The notes under the pieces were generated by a model that saw only the letters and a list, made by a program, of their open reading frames with translations, had not been told where the DNA came from and did no database searches. This document shows, one piece after another, positions 11,457-24,938 of a stretch of 64,000 bases of DNA. Source of the stretch: an uncultured delta proteobacterium. GTDB lineage: Bacteria > Myxococcota_A > Polyangia > Haliangiales > Haliangiaceae. Position numbers and translations under genes: made by a program. Location of the stretch: NCBI GenBank assembly GCA_963743525.1, contig CAVUQH010000003.1, positions 384,001 to 448,000 on the forward strand, in the 5' to 3' direction. Positions within the stretch are counted from its first letter, which is position 1. Each line of letters begins with the position of its first letter.

Positions 11457-11628
11457 CGGGCGTCGGGCGGCGCATGCGAATGAGCGCCGACACCACCGGA
11501 GTCAGAATCGACAGCGCGGCGGCGCCGAACAACAGAAAGGTCACGTCGACCCCGAGGCTGGACGAGTTGGGGTTGAGCCCCAGCTTGACCGCCAGGACCC
11601 GTCCTCGTCGTCTGCGCAGGAGGCCCAT
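11422..11628 (-). CDS. Small membrane peptide with NPNSSS motif; putative radical SAM substrate
   Basis: 68 aa MGLLRRRRGRVLAVKLGLNPNSSSLGVDVTFLLFGAAALSILTPVVSALIRM...; fills the gap between two co-oriented genes and overlaps the rSAM start. Confidence 0.7.
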   Translation of the reverse strand: MGLLRRRRGRVLAVKLGLNPNSSSLGVDVTFLLFGAAALSILTPVVSALIRMRRPTPDADSSQPADQS

Positions 11629-11635
11629 GGGCGAA

Positions 11636-12778
11636 CTATACATCGGGCCCGAAGCGGACGGTCGAGACGATCATGTCGAGCAGCCGGGTCCGGTGCACGG
11701 CGATGTAACAGGCGGCGATCACGCCCACGACCGCGGCCAGGGCGTGCGCGGCGACCAGCAGGCGCCGTTTTCGGTGCAGGCGAATCGCCACGCCGTGCAG
11801 CCAGGTGATGGCTACACCGGCACCGGCGATGATCGCCACCGCCGGCGCGATCTCACTGTATCCGGTGAGCGAGGTCGCCCACAGCACCAGGGCGACCGGC
11901 AGCATGTAGATCACCTCGATCGGCGGACGCGTCAGCGCGCGCAGCGCGGCTCGCGGTGAGCCGGCGCCCAGACCAATCGACGCGAGCAGGCCGACGAACA
12001 GCAGGGCGAGCAGCCAGCTGCGACGCCAGGTAGAGGCGGGCGCGCAGCCGTTCGCGGGCGACCAGCGCCCGGGCGTCGTCGACGCTGCGCGCGCGCGCCG
12101 GGTCGTCGCCGGCGCGCATGGCGCCGACGTAGCGGTCGGCGGCGTCGAAGCGACCGGCGCGGGCGGCCAGCTCGGCGGCGCGGCCCAGGGCCTGGAACGC
12201 CTCGTCGCTGTCGGGCCAGCCGGCGACCACGTGGTCGAGGGCAGCCAGCGCGTCGCCGGTGCGGCCGGCGCGGGCGTAGGCGTCGCCCAGCCACGACCAC
12301 GCCTCGACCGCTCCGGGCCACTTGGGGTTGTGGGCGACCAGTGCTTCCATGCGCCGGATCGACTCGGCCTCGGGCCGGTCGGCGTGACCGAAGAGGATGT
12401 CGTTCATCTCCGCCAGCGCCGCTGCGCCGGTGTCGCCGGGGCCCATCGCCGCGCGCAGGTGGGCCAGGCGGCGCTCGGCGCCCAGCGACACCCGGCTGTC
12501 GGGGTAGTCGCGGAGCAGCCGCTGGTACAGCGCGGCGGCTCTGGCCGGATCGCCGAGCTTCTCCTCGTACAGCTGCGCGGCGCTGAACAGCGCGTCGTCG
12601 GCCAGCGGGTCGGCCGGCAGCTGGTCGGCCAGCGCCACCAGCGCGGCGGCCGCATCGGCGTCGTCGCCGCGGGCGCGCATGGCGCTGGCGGCGGCAAATC
12701 GGTCGGCGCCGCTGTCGGCCCGCGCCTCGCCGCTCAGCGCGCACGCGAGCAGCGCGCACACGACGAGCGCGCGCCGCA

Positions 12779-12779
<1 letters not shown>
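11636..12779 (-). pseudogene. TPR-repeat membrane protein split by a frameshift near 12020 (pseudogene or sequencing error)
   Basis: Signal peptide and TPR (ADDALFSAAQLYEE...YPDS) to RLYLAS; a second frame continues SWLLALLFVGLL...EVIYMLPVALVLW to the stop at 11636. Confidence 0.75.
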
Positions 12780-14216
<1,437 letters not shown>

Positions 14217-14224
<8 letters not shown>

Positions 14225-15260
14225 GCCGCTCTCCCTCGTCTTCGCTGTCGTCCTCGCCCTCGCCCTCACCCTCGCCCTCGCCCTCACCCTCACCCTCACC
14301 CTCGCCCTCACCCTCACCCTCACCCTCACCCTCGCCCTCACCCTCACCCTCGCCCTCACCCTCGCCCTCCACCCGCCGATTCCGCGTCGTCAGATAGATC
14401 GCCACCACCAGCAGCACACCGCCGGCGATCATCAACCACTTGTTCGACTTCGACTCCCCGCCGCCGCCCTCGCCTGTGTACAGCACATGGCCCTTGCCCG
14501 CGCCCGCCGGCGCCTCGCCCATCCGCGGCGCGTTCGACTCCACCGCCCCCACGGGCACGTCCGGGGCCTCGCTCTTCGGGCAGTCATCGCCCACCGCGCT
14601 CGCCGGCAGCGCCGCCAGCGGCGCCGGCGTCTCCGCCCGCACCTCCAGCGTCGCCAGCACGCGCTGGCACAGCGGGTCGAGATCCTTCTGTCGGTCCTCG
14701 CGCATCACGCACTCGGCGATGACGACGCGCGCACGCTTCTCCGGCGTCGCGTACGCCAGCATGCGCGACCGCGACACCAGCCCGGTTTCGCCGTTCTGCC
14801 ACACCAGCGTCGCCGACGCGACGTCGCCGTTGACCGACTCGCTCCAGCTCAGCCGCTTGCGCTGGCCCGCGCCGCACCACAGCTGCTTCTCCCGATCGAC
14901 CTCGCGCCGCAGCGCCGCCACCGGATCGTCCACCGGCGCCAGCGTCCCGGCCCAGGTGACGTGGAACAGCAGCCCGTCGACCGGCGCGAACGAATCGGCG
15001 CCGCTCTGATACGGCGCGCCGTGGAAGTAGCCGGCGTGGCTGGCGTCGCTGCTGGTCGTCGCCGACAGATCGGCATTGCGGGTCCAGTCCTGCGGCAGCG
15101 CGATCTTGAACAGGCTCAGCTTCGGCGGCTCGACCGACGGCTTGCGCAGCCCGTCGTCGCCCGCCGCTTGCACCGGGCCGGCCAGCGCCAGCGCCAGCGT
15201 CAGCGCGACGGCGCCGCCGGGCAGGCGGCCGCGGCCGCGGCGGGATATCGGTCGTTGCAC
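14217..15260 (-). CDS. Exported protein with C-terminal TM helix and (EG)n acidic tail
   Basis: Signal-like LTLALALAGPVQA, Cys pairs, TM WLMIAGGVLLVVAIYL, then an EGEGEG tract. Confidence 0.65.
14250..14372 (-). repeat. (GAGGGY)n hexamer repeat encoding poly(Glu-Gly)
   Basis: CCCTCA/CCCTCG units on the + strand, seen directly. Confidence 0.95.
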
Positions 15261-15613
15261 AGACACGCGAACACTTTGGCACGGTCGCCCGACTCGGAGA
15301 ACCCGATCGTCACCGGTCCGCGATACCCACCTAGCACGATTTCGCCGCTCGCGCGGCCCGGCTCGGCGCGGAAGCTGCCATCCGGGCCCAGCCCCTCGGC
15401 CAGGCCGGCGGCGACCTCGTCCGGAGATGCCCCGACCGGCAGATCCAGGCTGACTTCGACCCGCAGGCAGCCCAGCCCCGGATCGGCGCCGACGGTCACC
15501 GACTCGACCGACCCGCCCGCGGCCGCCGTCGCCGCCCGGCCGGCGCCGGGCAGGTCGTGCCACGACACCGCCGTCGCCGCGGCCAGCGCCAGCAGCACGG
15601 CGCCGCCGGTCAC
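15200..15613 (-). CDS. Hypothetical exported protein
   Basis: GTG start overlaps the astA stop (GTGA); signal-like N-terminus; three Cys. Confidence 0.5.
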   Translation of the reverse strand: MTGGAVLLALAAATAVSWHDLPGAGRAATAAAGGSVESVTVGADPGLGCLRVEVSLDLPVGASPDEVAAGLAEGLGPDGSFRAEPGRASGEIVLGGYRGPVTIGFSESGDRAKVFACLCNDRYPAAAAAACPAAPSR

Positions 15614-16620
15614 GGCGTCACCGCCCACACCTCGTCGCCGACCTCGACCTCCAGCCGCTGCCGTTCGTCGGCGCTCAGGCTGATCGCCTCGCCGGTGACC
15701 TGCGCGCGGACCGAGATCGAGCGGAACGACTCGGCGGTCGGCTCGCTGGCGATCAGAGACCACGGCCCCTCACCGCCGTTTGGCTCGACGACTCGCAGCT
15801 TGCCCGCACCCTGCACCAGGGTGATGTCGTCGGTCCTGGCGATGAAGTGCGGGCCGCCGTCGAACGGATCGATCTGTTCGGCATACTCGAAGCCGATGCG
15901 GCGCAAGATCTTCTCGACCCCGCGGGTAGCCGGCCCGACCTCGCCGATCACGCGGTGCACCTCGTCGGGCAACAGCGACGTGTAGATGAGGGTGTGGGGG
16001 AACAGCGCCTTGATGAACTCCTTGTTGTCCTTCGACAACAGGTCGGCCTCCTGATAGGTGAGGCCGGTGAACACGCGGCCCAGGTGCTCCCACAGCACGC
16101 TGGTGCCGTCGTCCTCGAGCGGCGGCAGAAGCTCCGACAACACGCGGTCGCGGAACAGCTCGCGGTGCATGGCGATGAACAGGAAGCGGGTGTACGACAG
16201 CAGCTTGCCCAGCGATGCCGGGTTGCCGCGGTACTCGGGCAGAAGGATCAACCCGCCGATCTCGGTGGGGCCGTTGTAGTCGTAGCCCAGGCGCAGACAC
16301 TGGTGCACGAAGTAGCGGTCCAGGGTCTCCGAGTAGCGTTCTTCCTTGAACACTTCGAAGTAGACGTGCGGCGCCCGGCGGGTGCCGTGCTGGGCGTGGA
16401 TCATCGACGTGCCGATGACCCGGTTGGCCTCGAGATCTTCGAGCACGAACAGGTACTCGCGCTCCTCGGCCGGGACCGCGCCGGTGAACGAGTAGTCCGA
16501 GAGCTCGAGGATGCGCTCGATGTGGCCGCGCTCGGCCGGCAGGTTGACGGTGTCCAGGTGCTCGGCGACCGCCAGGATCTGGTCGACGTCGCTCCGCGAT
16601 GATTGCCGCATCACGAACAT
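15610..16620 (-). CDS. astA: Arginine N-succinyltransferase
   Basis: NLPA...YLFVLED...VIGTS...GPTEIGGLIL.PEYR...GKLLS..RFLFIA...SELL...DPFDGGP. Confidence 0.88.
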   Translation of the reverse strand: MFVMRQSSRSDVDQILAVAEHLDTVNLPAERGHIERILELSDYSFTGAVPAEEREYLFVLEDLEANRVIGTSMIHAQHGTRRAPHVYFEVFKEERYSETLDRYFVHQCLRLGYDYNGPTEIGGLILLPEYRGNPASLGKLLSYTRFLFIAMHRELFRDRVLSELLPPLEDDGTSVLWEHLGRVFTGLTYQEADLLSKDNKEFIKALFPHTLIYTSLLPDEVHRVIGEVGPATRGVEKILRRIGFEYAEQIDPFDGGPHFIARTDDITLVQGAGKLRVVEPNGGEGPWSLIASEPTAESFRSISVRAQVTGEAISLSADERQRLEVEVGDEVWAVTP

Positions 16621-16639
16621 GCGCCCCGGAGGGTACTGC

Positions 16640-17596
16640 CTACGGCACGATCGAAGCCAGTGCTCCGACCACGGCGTCGGCGGCGGAATCGCCGGTTTGA
16701 CGCACCCAGCCGGCGATCTTCGCGTCCATCAGCTCGCGCGCCAGATCCGATCCGTCGAGGATGCGCACCGGCGGCTTGCCGTGGGCTTCGCGCCGGGCGT
16801 TCTCCCGGTCGAGCCACTTCATCGCCTGCGGGAAGGCCAGCGCCGTCGCCTTGTGGGTGTCGTGCATGATCACCACCGCGCGTCGATTGTCGCGGGCCAG
16901 GTGGCCGAACTTGCGCCGCAGGGTGCCGGTCACGCGCACCGCGTCGTGGTCCTTCCACTCCTGCGGATCGATGTCCCAGTGCAGGTGATCGATGCCGCGC
17001 TCGTCGAGCAGCTTGACCAGCTTGCGGCAGTGATCGCCGTACGGCGTGCGGAAGTAGACCAGCGGCATGTGCACCAGCTCTTGCAGCGCGTCGTGGCTGT
17101 CGTCGATCTCGGCCGCCGCCTGTTTCACCGGCAGGTGGCACAGGTGCGGGTGGGTCATCGTGTGATTGCCGACGATGTGACCTTCGCGGATCATCCTCTC
17201 GACCAGCGCGCGGCGCTTGGCCCGGTGCTCGCTGTCTTTGGTCACCCGCCAGCCGACGAGGAAGAAGATGGCGTGGATGTGCCGCTTCTTGAGCTCGTCG
17301 AGGATGACCGGCGTGTACTTCTCGCTGGGGCCGTCGTCGAACGTGAAGATCAGCTCGGGGTCACCGCTGTGGCTGTGCCCGGCGGCCGGCAGCGGCCATC
17401 GCGTGTACGAGCCGACCTTGGGCTTGCGATGCCACGCCGCCGGCTCGGGTGCCGACGGCGCGCGCGGCTGCGTGGCCGCCTGGCGCCCTCGGTCGACCAC
17501 GGCCTTCGTCGGCTTGCGCGACACTCGCCGCTCGGCACCCGCAGGGGCCGAAGCCATGGCGAGCACCGCGGAAGTGACGACGAGACAGCGACGCAT
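16640..17596 (-). CDS. Polysaccharide deacetylase (CE4/NodB), exported
   Basis: [33 protein letters not shown] and IMHD motifs. Confidence 0.92.
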   Translation of the reverse strand: MRRCLVVTSAVLAMASAPAGAERRVSRKPTKAVVDRGRQAATQPRAPSAPEPAAWHRKPKVGSYTRWPLPAAGHSHSGDPELIFTFDDGPSEKYTPVILDELKKRHIHAIFFLVGWRVTKDSEHRAKRRALVERMIREGHIVGNHTMTHPHLCHLPVKQAAAEIDDSHDALQELVHMPLVYFRTPYGDHCRKLVKLLDERGIDHLHWDIDPQEWKDHDAVRVTGTLRRKFGHLARDNRRAVVIMHDTHKATALAFPQAMKWLDRENARREAHGKPPVRILDGSDLARELMDAKIAGWVRQTGDSAADAVVGALASIVP

Positions 17597-17670
17597 CGAG
17601 CACATCAGAATAGCGCGTCCCGGGTCGCCGGGCGCATTTCTGACAACACCCTCCGGAGGCCGGCTGTTCC

Positions 17671-18141
17671 CTAGAACGGAATGTCGTCGTCGGGACCGCC
17701 GCCGCCGCCACCGCCGTAGCCGCCGCCGCCGTTGCCGAAGTCGGGCTCACTGGGTGGCGGGAAGTCGCCGCCGCCGCGCCCGCCGCCGCCGCCGCCTGCG
17801 CCGCGCTCGCCGCCGCTCAGGAACTGGACGTCATTCGCAATGATCTCGGTCATGTAGCGCTTGTTGCCGTCCTGGTCTTCCCACGAACGGGTGCGCAGGC
17901 GGCCCTCGACGTAGATCTGCCGGCCCTTGCTCAGGTACTTGGCGCAGGTCTCGCCGCGCTTGCCCCAGACGACGATGCGGTGCCACTCCGTGCGCTCCTG
18001 GCGCTGGCCACTCTTGTCCATCCACGACTCGTTGGTCGCCAGGCGCATCTCACAGACGCCCTGTCCGCTGGGGGTGTAGCGCATGTCCGGGTCTGCGCCC
18101 AGGTTGCCCACGAGGATGACTTTGTTGACGCCGCTCGCCAT
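17671..18141 (-). CDS. ssb: Single-stranded DNA-binding protein
   Basis: [14 protein letters not shown]...TEWHRIV..GK...[11 protein letters not shown]-terminal DDDIPF. Confidence 0.98.
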   Translation of the reverse strand: MASGVNKVILVGNLGADPDMRYTPSGQGVCEMRLATNESWMDKSGQRQERTEWHRIVVWGKRGETCAKYLSKGRQIYVEGRLRTRSWEDQDGNKRYMTEIIANDVQFLSGGERGAGGGGGGRGGGDFPPPSEPDFGNGGGGYGGGGGGGPDDDIPF

Positions 18142-18242
18142 CGCGTTGCTCCTTGAAAACCGTTGGCGACGCTAGCATGGTCGTGTGACACGCGCCGCCG
18201 CTGCCGCTTGTGCCGGCCGCGCGGGCCCGGTAAACACGTCCG

Positions 18243-19010
18243 ATGTTTCGCGGTCTCTCGATCGGCGTGGTCATTCCCGCCTTCAATGAAGAGCATGCGA
18301 TCGCCCACGCGGTGGATGCGGTGCCCGACCTCGTCAACGTCGCCATCGTCGTCGACGACGCCTCGCACGACGACACAGCTGGCGCCGCCGAGCGGGTCGT
18401 TCGCGCGCACGGCAACACCCGGTTCGAGATCGTCCGCCACGCCGAGAACCGCGGCGTCGGCGGCGCCATCGTCACCGGCTACCGGCGGGTGCTGGCGCTC
18501 GGTCTCGACGTCGCGGTGGTGATGGCCGGCGACGGGCAGATGGATCCCGCTGACCTCGAGGGGTTGCTCGCACCGATCGCCGACGACCGCGCCGACTACG
18601 CCAAGGGCAATCGCTTCCTTCATCCCGACATCTGGCGGGCGATGCCGACGGCGCGCCTGGTCGGCAACATGGTGCTGTCGGCGGCGACGCGTCTGACCAG
18701 CGGCTACCGCCACGTCTTCGACTCGCAGTGCGGCTATACCGCGATCACCCGGCGCGCGCTGGCGGCGATCGATCTCGACCGCGTCTTCCCCCGCTACGGC
18801 TATCCCAACGATCTGCTCGCGCGGCTGCACGCCGCCGGCATGCGCGTGGTCGACGTGCCGGTGCGACCGGTCTACGGCCCCGGCTGGAAGAGCGGCATCG
18901 GCATCCACACCGTCGTCTATCCGGTGGCGTACGTGTTGTTCCGCTCGTGGGCCACGCGCGTGGTCGCCGAGCGCGCGCCGGCGCTTCCCGAGGGTGCCCC
19001 CGAGAGCTGA
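18243..19010 (+). CDS. GT2 glycosyltransferase (DPM1-like)
   Basis: VVIPAFNEE, VVDDAS.D.T, NRGVGGA, MAGDGQ and DSQCGY motifs. Confidence 0.9.
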   Translation: MFRGLSIGVVIPAFNEEHAIAHAVDAVPDLVNVAIVVDDASHDDTAGAAERVVRAHGNTRFEIVRHAENRGVGGAIVTGYRRVLALGLDVAVVMAGDGQMDPADLEGLLAPIADDRADYAKGNRFLHPDIWRAMPTARLVGNMVLSAATRLTSGYRHVFDSQCGYTAITRRALAAIDLDRVFPRYGYPNDLLARLHAAGMRVVDVPVRPVYGPGWKSGIGIHTVVYPVAYVLFRSWATRVVAERAPALPEGAPES

Positions 19011-20179
19011 TGCGCGTCGGCATCGTCACCACCTCGTATCCCCGCGCGCCCGGTGATCCCGCCGGCGGCTTCGTCGCCGAGCACGTGGCCTGGCTGCGCG
19101 GCGCCGGCTGCGAGGTCGAGGTGATCGCGGCCGGCGACGGCAGCCCCGACGACGGCGCCGCCGTGCGCATCGACGCTCCCGGGTTGTTCTACGGCGGCGG
19201 CGCCCCCGAGGCGCTCGAGCGCGGCGCCCGGCTGGCGGCCGCCGGCTTTTCGCTGCGCCTGTGCGCCGAGGTTCGCGCGCGCGCTCGTCGCTGGGATGCG
19301 GTGGTCGCCCACTGGTTGGCGCCGTCGGCGCTGGCGGTGGCGCTGGCCGCGCGCCGACCGGCGGTGGCGATCGCGCACTCGGGCGACGTCCACCTGCTGG
19401 CGCGCGCTGGATTGGCCGACGCCGCCGCGGCTCTGCTCCGCGCGCGCCGCATGCCGGTGGTGTTCGTCAGCGATGCCGTGCGCGAGCGGCTGGCCGGCGC
19501 CTGTCGGTCGCGCCGATCGCGCGCGTGGATCCGATCGATGCCGGTGGTGCCGATGGGCATCGACAGCGCGCGGCTGGCGCGGGCCGCCGGCGACGGCTCG
19601 CGCGACGGGCGCACCGTGGTCTTCCTCGGCCGACTGGTTCCGATCAAAGGAGTGGACGTTCTGGTCAACGCGGCCGCGGGGCTGCCCGACGGCGCCCGCG
19701 TGATCGTCGCCGGCGACGGACCCGAGCGCGACCGCCTGCGCGCGCGCGCCGCACACCTGGGCGAGCGAGTCGCGTTTTGCGGCGAAGTGCGCGGCGCCGA
19801 TCGCGATCGTCTACTGGCCGGCGCCGACGTGGTGGCGCTGCCGTCGATCGCGCTGCCCGACGGCCGCCATGAAGGCGCGCCGCTGGTCGCGCTCGAGGCA
19901 ATGGCCGCGGGCGCTGCGGTGGTGGCGTCGGCATCGGGCGGGCTGGCGGAGCTGCCCGCGGCCGCAGTCACGCACGTGGCCCCCGGCGATCCCGCGGCGC
20001 TGGCGAGCGCCATCGGCACGCTGCTCGGCGACCCGTCACTGCGCGCGCGACGCGCCCGCGCCGGCCTCGATCACGCTCGATCCCGCGACTGGACGATGGT
20101 CGGACCAAAGCTGGTCGAAACGCTGAGGATCTTTCACGATGTGCGAACTGATTTGCACATGAGCCGCGTAACTGCGTGA
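19010..20179 (+). CDS. GT4 glycosyltransferase
   Basis: TTSYPR..GD.AG.F, FLGRLVPIKG and EGAPLVALEAMAAG motifs. Confidence 0.9.
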   Translation: MRVGIVTTSYPRAPGDPAGGFVAEHVAWLRGAGCEVEVIAAGDGSPDDGAAVRIDAPGLFYGGGAPEALERGARLAAAGFSLRLCAEVRARARRWDAVVAHWLAPSALAVALAARRPAVAIAHSGDVHLLARAGLADAAAALLRARRMPVVFVSDAVRERLAGACRSRRSRAWIRSMPVVPMGIDSARLARAAGDGSRDGRTVVFLGRLVPIKGVDVLVNAAAGLPDGARVIVAGDGPERDRLRARAAHLGERVAFCGEVRGADRDRLLAGADVVALPSIALPDGRHEGAPLVALEAMAAGAAVVASASGGLAELPAAAVTHVAPGDPAALASAIGTLLGDPSLRARRARAGLDHARSRDWTMVGPKLVETLRIFHDVRTDLHMSRVTA

Positions 20180-20281
20180 CCGACTTCGCGCCGATCTGCC
20201 CCGATCGACCCCCTCTCTGCGCGATGTAGGACCACCGCCCACAGGCGCGGGAATTTCAGCGGTTTCGGGCATTCCGACAGC

Positions 20282-20311
20282 TTCTCCACACGAAAAGGCG
20301 GCTCATCCACA
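20282..20311 (+). promoter_or_regulatory. Two near-consensus DnaA-box-like 9-mers
   Basis: TTCTCCACA (20282-20290) and TCATCCACA (20303-20311), each one mismatch from TTATCCACA. Confidence 0.4.
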
Positions 20312-20325
20312 GCCTCGTGGCGACT

Positions 20326-20341
20326 CGGCACCAAAGGTGCA
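20326..20341 (+). promoter_or_regulatory. Putative sigma54 -24/-12 promoter
   Basis: CGGCACCAAAGGTGCA with GG-N10-GC spacing. Confidence 0.5.
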
Positions 20342-20355
20342 ATGGGATCTTCACG

Positions 20356-20970
20356 ATGTCGAGGGTGCCTGATGTATCCGTGATCCTTCCCTTCGCCGAC
20401 CACGAGGATGTCATCGGGACGGCGGTGCGACGGCTCTCGGCACATCTGCGCGAGCTCGGTCTGACGTTCGAGCTGATCGCGGTGGACGAAGACTCCGGCG
20501 ACAACTCGCACGCGGTGCTGGCCCTGCTCCGCCCCGACTTTCCCGAGCTGCACATCAGCAACGCTCCCGGTCGCGGCCGCGGCATCGCCTGCGGTGCGCG
20601 TCGCGCGCGTGGCCGCGCGCTGTGGGTGATCGAGCCGACCGTCGCCGCCGCGTCGCCGCTGGCGCCGTTCGCTCGCGCGCACCGCCGCATCGCCCGCGGC
20701 GAGCGCGAGCTGGTCGCCGTCGGCGCGCGCTTCATCATCGGCAACCGCACCCGCTGCCTGCCGGTCATCGACGGCATGCGCGGCACCGGCTGGAGCTTCC
20801 AGCGCAAGCTGGCCCGTCGCGCACAGGCGCGCGGGCTGGCGGTCGAGCACCAGGTGGTGGGCGGGGCCCATCGCGCCCGTGCCCCGGGCGAGCGGCGGCT
20901 GGCGCGACTGCTGGGCGCACTGGCCCCGGCGCGATTCTCGCCGCTTCGCGCCGAGCGCAATCTCTGGTGA
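20356..20970 (+). CDS. Degenerate GT2-like protein
   Basis: DVSVILPF.D.E...ELIAVDEDSGDNS...GRG.GIA.G...ARG; canonical DxD absent. Confidence 0.65.
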   Translation: MSRVPDVSVILPFADHEDVIGTAVRRLSAHLRELGLTFELIAVDEDSGDNSHAVLALLRPDFPELHISNAPGRGRGIACGARRARGRALWVIEPTVAAASPLAPFARAHRRIARGERELVAVGARFIIGNRTRCLPVIDGMRGTGWSFQRKLARRAQARGLAVEHQVVGGAHRARAPGERRLARLLGALAPARFSPLRAERNLW

Positions 20971-21050
20971 TCCAGGGTCGTGCTGGCCGATTGGGCAGGT
21001 AGAGCCGCCTGCGGTAGCCGCAGGTAGCCTCACTGCTATACTGTCCGGCG

Positions 21051-22127
21051 ATGTATTGGATCGGCGCGATCGTCGCGATCGGCGTATTGATCGTCGTGCA
21101 CGAGGCCGGGCACTTCTTCGTCGCCCGCTGGTGCAAGATGCGCGTCGATCGCTTCAGCGTCGGCTTCGGGCCGGCGATCTGGAGCCGCAAGAAGGGCGAC
21201 ACGATCTTCCAGATCGCGCCGATTCCGTTCGGCGGCTACGTGCAGATCAACGGCATGCTGGTCGCCGACGAGATCGATCCGGACGATCCGCACGCCTATC
21301 CCAACCGGCCGGCGTGGCAGCGGTTCGTCACCATCTTCGCCGGCCCCGCGACCAACTATCTGTTCGCCATCGTTCTGGCGGTGGTCTTCTTCTCCGTCGC
21401 CGGCGTCGAGACCAACGTCCGCAAGTACTGCGAGATCAGCTCGATCGAGAAGGGCTCCGACGCCGTCGGCAAGCTCGAGAAGGGCGACAAGATCGTCGGC
21501 ATCGAGCTGTACGATGGTGACAAGCTGATCTACCAGGGACGCCTGCAGAAGTCGCTCGGCGCCTACGTGCAGATCGCCCAGGACAACCCGATCAAGTTCC
21601 GCGTCGAGCGCGAGGTCAACGGTCAGGTAAAGAGCCGCATGGTCACGGTCCACGCCCACAAGGTCGAGGCCAAGGACGGCAGCCAGATGTATTTGATCGG
21701 CGTTCGCCACACCGAGCTGCGCGAGCGCCGCGACGTCGGCATCTTCGCCTCGGTCGGCTACGCGCTCTACTACCCGATCGATCAGACCCAGCAGATCGTC
21801 AGCGGTCTGTTCAAGGTGATCACCGGTGAGGAGAAGGGCGAGCTGACCGGGCCGGTCGGCATCACCAGCGTGATCAAGGACTCGATCGAGGCCGGCTGGC
21901 TGAGCCTGGTCCGGCTGCTGATGATCCTCAACGTCTACCTGGGGCTGTTCAATCTGTTCCCGCTCCCCGCCCTCGACGGCGGGCGGCTGGTGTTCCTGGG
22001 CTACGAGATGGCCACGCGTCGGCGGGCCAACCCCAAGGTCGAGGCGACCGTGCACATGGTCGGCATCATGGCCCTGCTCGTGGTGATGGTCCTGGTGACC
22101 TACAAGGACATCGCCAAGCTCCTGTAG
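21051..22127 (+). CDS. rseP: Site-2 protease RseP (M50)
   Basis: HEAGH, FSVGFGP, PFGGYV, AGP..N and NLFPLPALDGG motifs. Confidence 0.93.
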   Translation: MYWIGAIVAIGVLIVVHEAGHFFVARWCKMRVDRFSVGFGPAIWSRKKGDTIFQIAPIPFGGYVQINGMLVADEIDPDDPHAYPNRPAWQRFVTIFAGPATNYLFAIVLAVVFFSVAGVETNVRKYCEISSIEKGSDAVGKLEKGDKIVGIELYDGDKLIYQGRLQKSLGAYVQIAQDNPIKFRVEREVNGQVKSRMVTVHAHKVEAKDGSQMYLIGVRHTELRERRDVGIFASVGYALYYPIDQTQQIVSGLFKVITGEEKGELTGPVGITSVIKDSIEAGWLSLVRLLMILNVYLGLFNLFPLPALDGGRLVFLGYEMATRRRANPKVEATVHMVGIMALLVVMVLVTYKDIAKLL

Positions 22128-22137
22128 GAGCGCGGCC

Positions 22138-23988
<1,851 letters not shown>

Positions 23989-24087
23989 TCTACTGAGATC
24001 AATCGGGATCTCGGCACAAATGCCCAATCTCTCCCGACCGTGACGGGGAACGGGAATCGACCCGGACCGAGCACCGGTTCAAGGGAC

Positions 24088-24654
24088 GTGACCGACACGG
24101 AACTGTTCCGCCACTACCTGGCCAAGGGCTCGCCCGAGGCGGCCGCGTGGAACCTGTCGCCCGAGTGCGCCTACCTCGACTACCGGCTGCGCACGTGGGC
24201 GCGCGAGATCGTCGGACGCCGCCACGGGCTGTCGGTGTTGAACGTCGGCATCGGTGTCGGTGAGTGGGACGACTTCCTCGGCTACCTGCTGGCCGGCAGC
24301 GGCACGCTGACCAGCATCGACAACGACGCGACCATCTGCGAGACGCTGCGGGCGCGGCAGCACCGTGAAGGGCACCCGAACCCGGCCACCGTGGTCTGCG
24401 CGGATCTGCTCACCTGGGATTCGCACCAGCGCTTCGACCTGGTGACGATCGTCGGCTCGACGCTGCCGGAGATCGGCGACACCCCCGCCGCCGTGAGGAC
24501 GGCGCTGTCGCTGCTGTCCGCCTGCGGTCGGGTGGCGCTGTTGACCATCGGCGACGAGCCCGACCTGCGCGGCCTCGACGTCATGGTGTTGCGCCGCGAG
24601 ACCGATACCGCCATCCGCACGGCGATTCGCCTGTCGGTGCTGGTGGCCGGCTAG
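24088..24654 (+). CDS. Class I SAM-dependent methyltransferase; start may be 24040
   Basis: VLNVGIGVG motif I, SIDND, ADLL...FDLV. Confidence 0.7.
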   Translation: MTDTELFRHYLAKGSPEAAAWNLSPECAYLDYRLRTWAREIVGRRHGLSVLNVGIGVGEWDDFLGYLLAGSGTLTSIDNDATICETLRARQHREGHPNPATVVCADLLTWDSHQRFDLVTIVGSTLPEIGDTPAAVRTALSLLSACGRVALLTIGDEPDLRGLDVMVLRRETDTAIRTAIRLSVLVAG

Positions 24655-24813
24655 GGCGCGCGGCCGAAGCGCTATCATCGGCGCATGGGGCTCAAACCGC
24701 GGGCGGTCGCGCCGATCGGGTGATGCGCGAGCTGCTGGTCAACAACCGCGAGGCGATCGGACCGACGGCGAGCGGCTGGCTCGACGTGCTGGCCACGGTT
24801 CGCCCGGCCTGAC

Positions 24814-24852
24814 TCTGTTCAAATCTGTTCAGCGTCTGTTCAAGCCGTTCAA
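24814..24852 (+). promoter_or_regulatory. Four phased direct repeats (TCTGTTCA-like), candidate enhancer-binding sites
   Basis: GTTCA cores at 24817, 24827, 24838 and 24847. Confidence 0.5.
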
Positions 24853-24938
24853 CTATTGAATACGGGGTTTTCGGCAGGTTCTCCATGAAGGAGGAGTAAC
24901 TAGCTAGAACTACAGCTGCATACACTGTTCAAGGCCCA

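Noticed and set aside
14225..14359. N-terminal RVRVRA extension of the sigma54 regulator in the ORF track
   Set aside because: Off-frame reading of the upstream (EG)n repeat; the receiver domain begins right after the GTG at 14224.
24723..24813. 29-aa ORF MRELLVNNREAIGPTASGWLDVLATVRPA
   Set aside because: No RBS or recognisable motif; at most a gene remnant.
24916..24933. Myxococcus-type LexA box
   Set aside because: Spacing between CTGCA and GTTCA is one base longer than the consensus I recall, and the site is downstream of uvrC.
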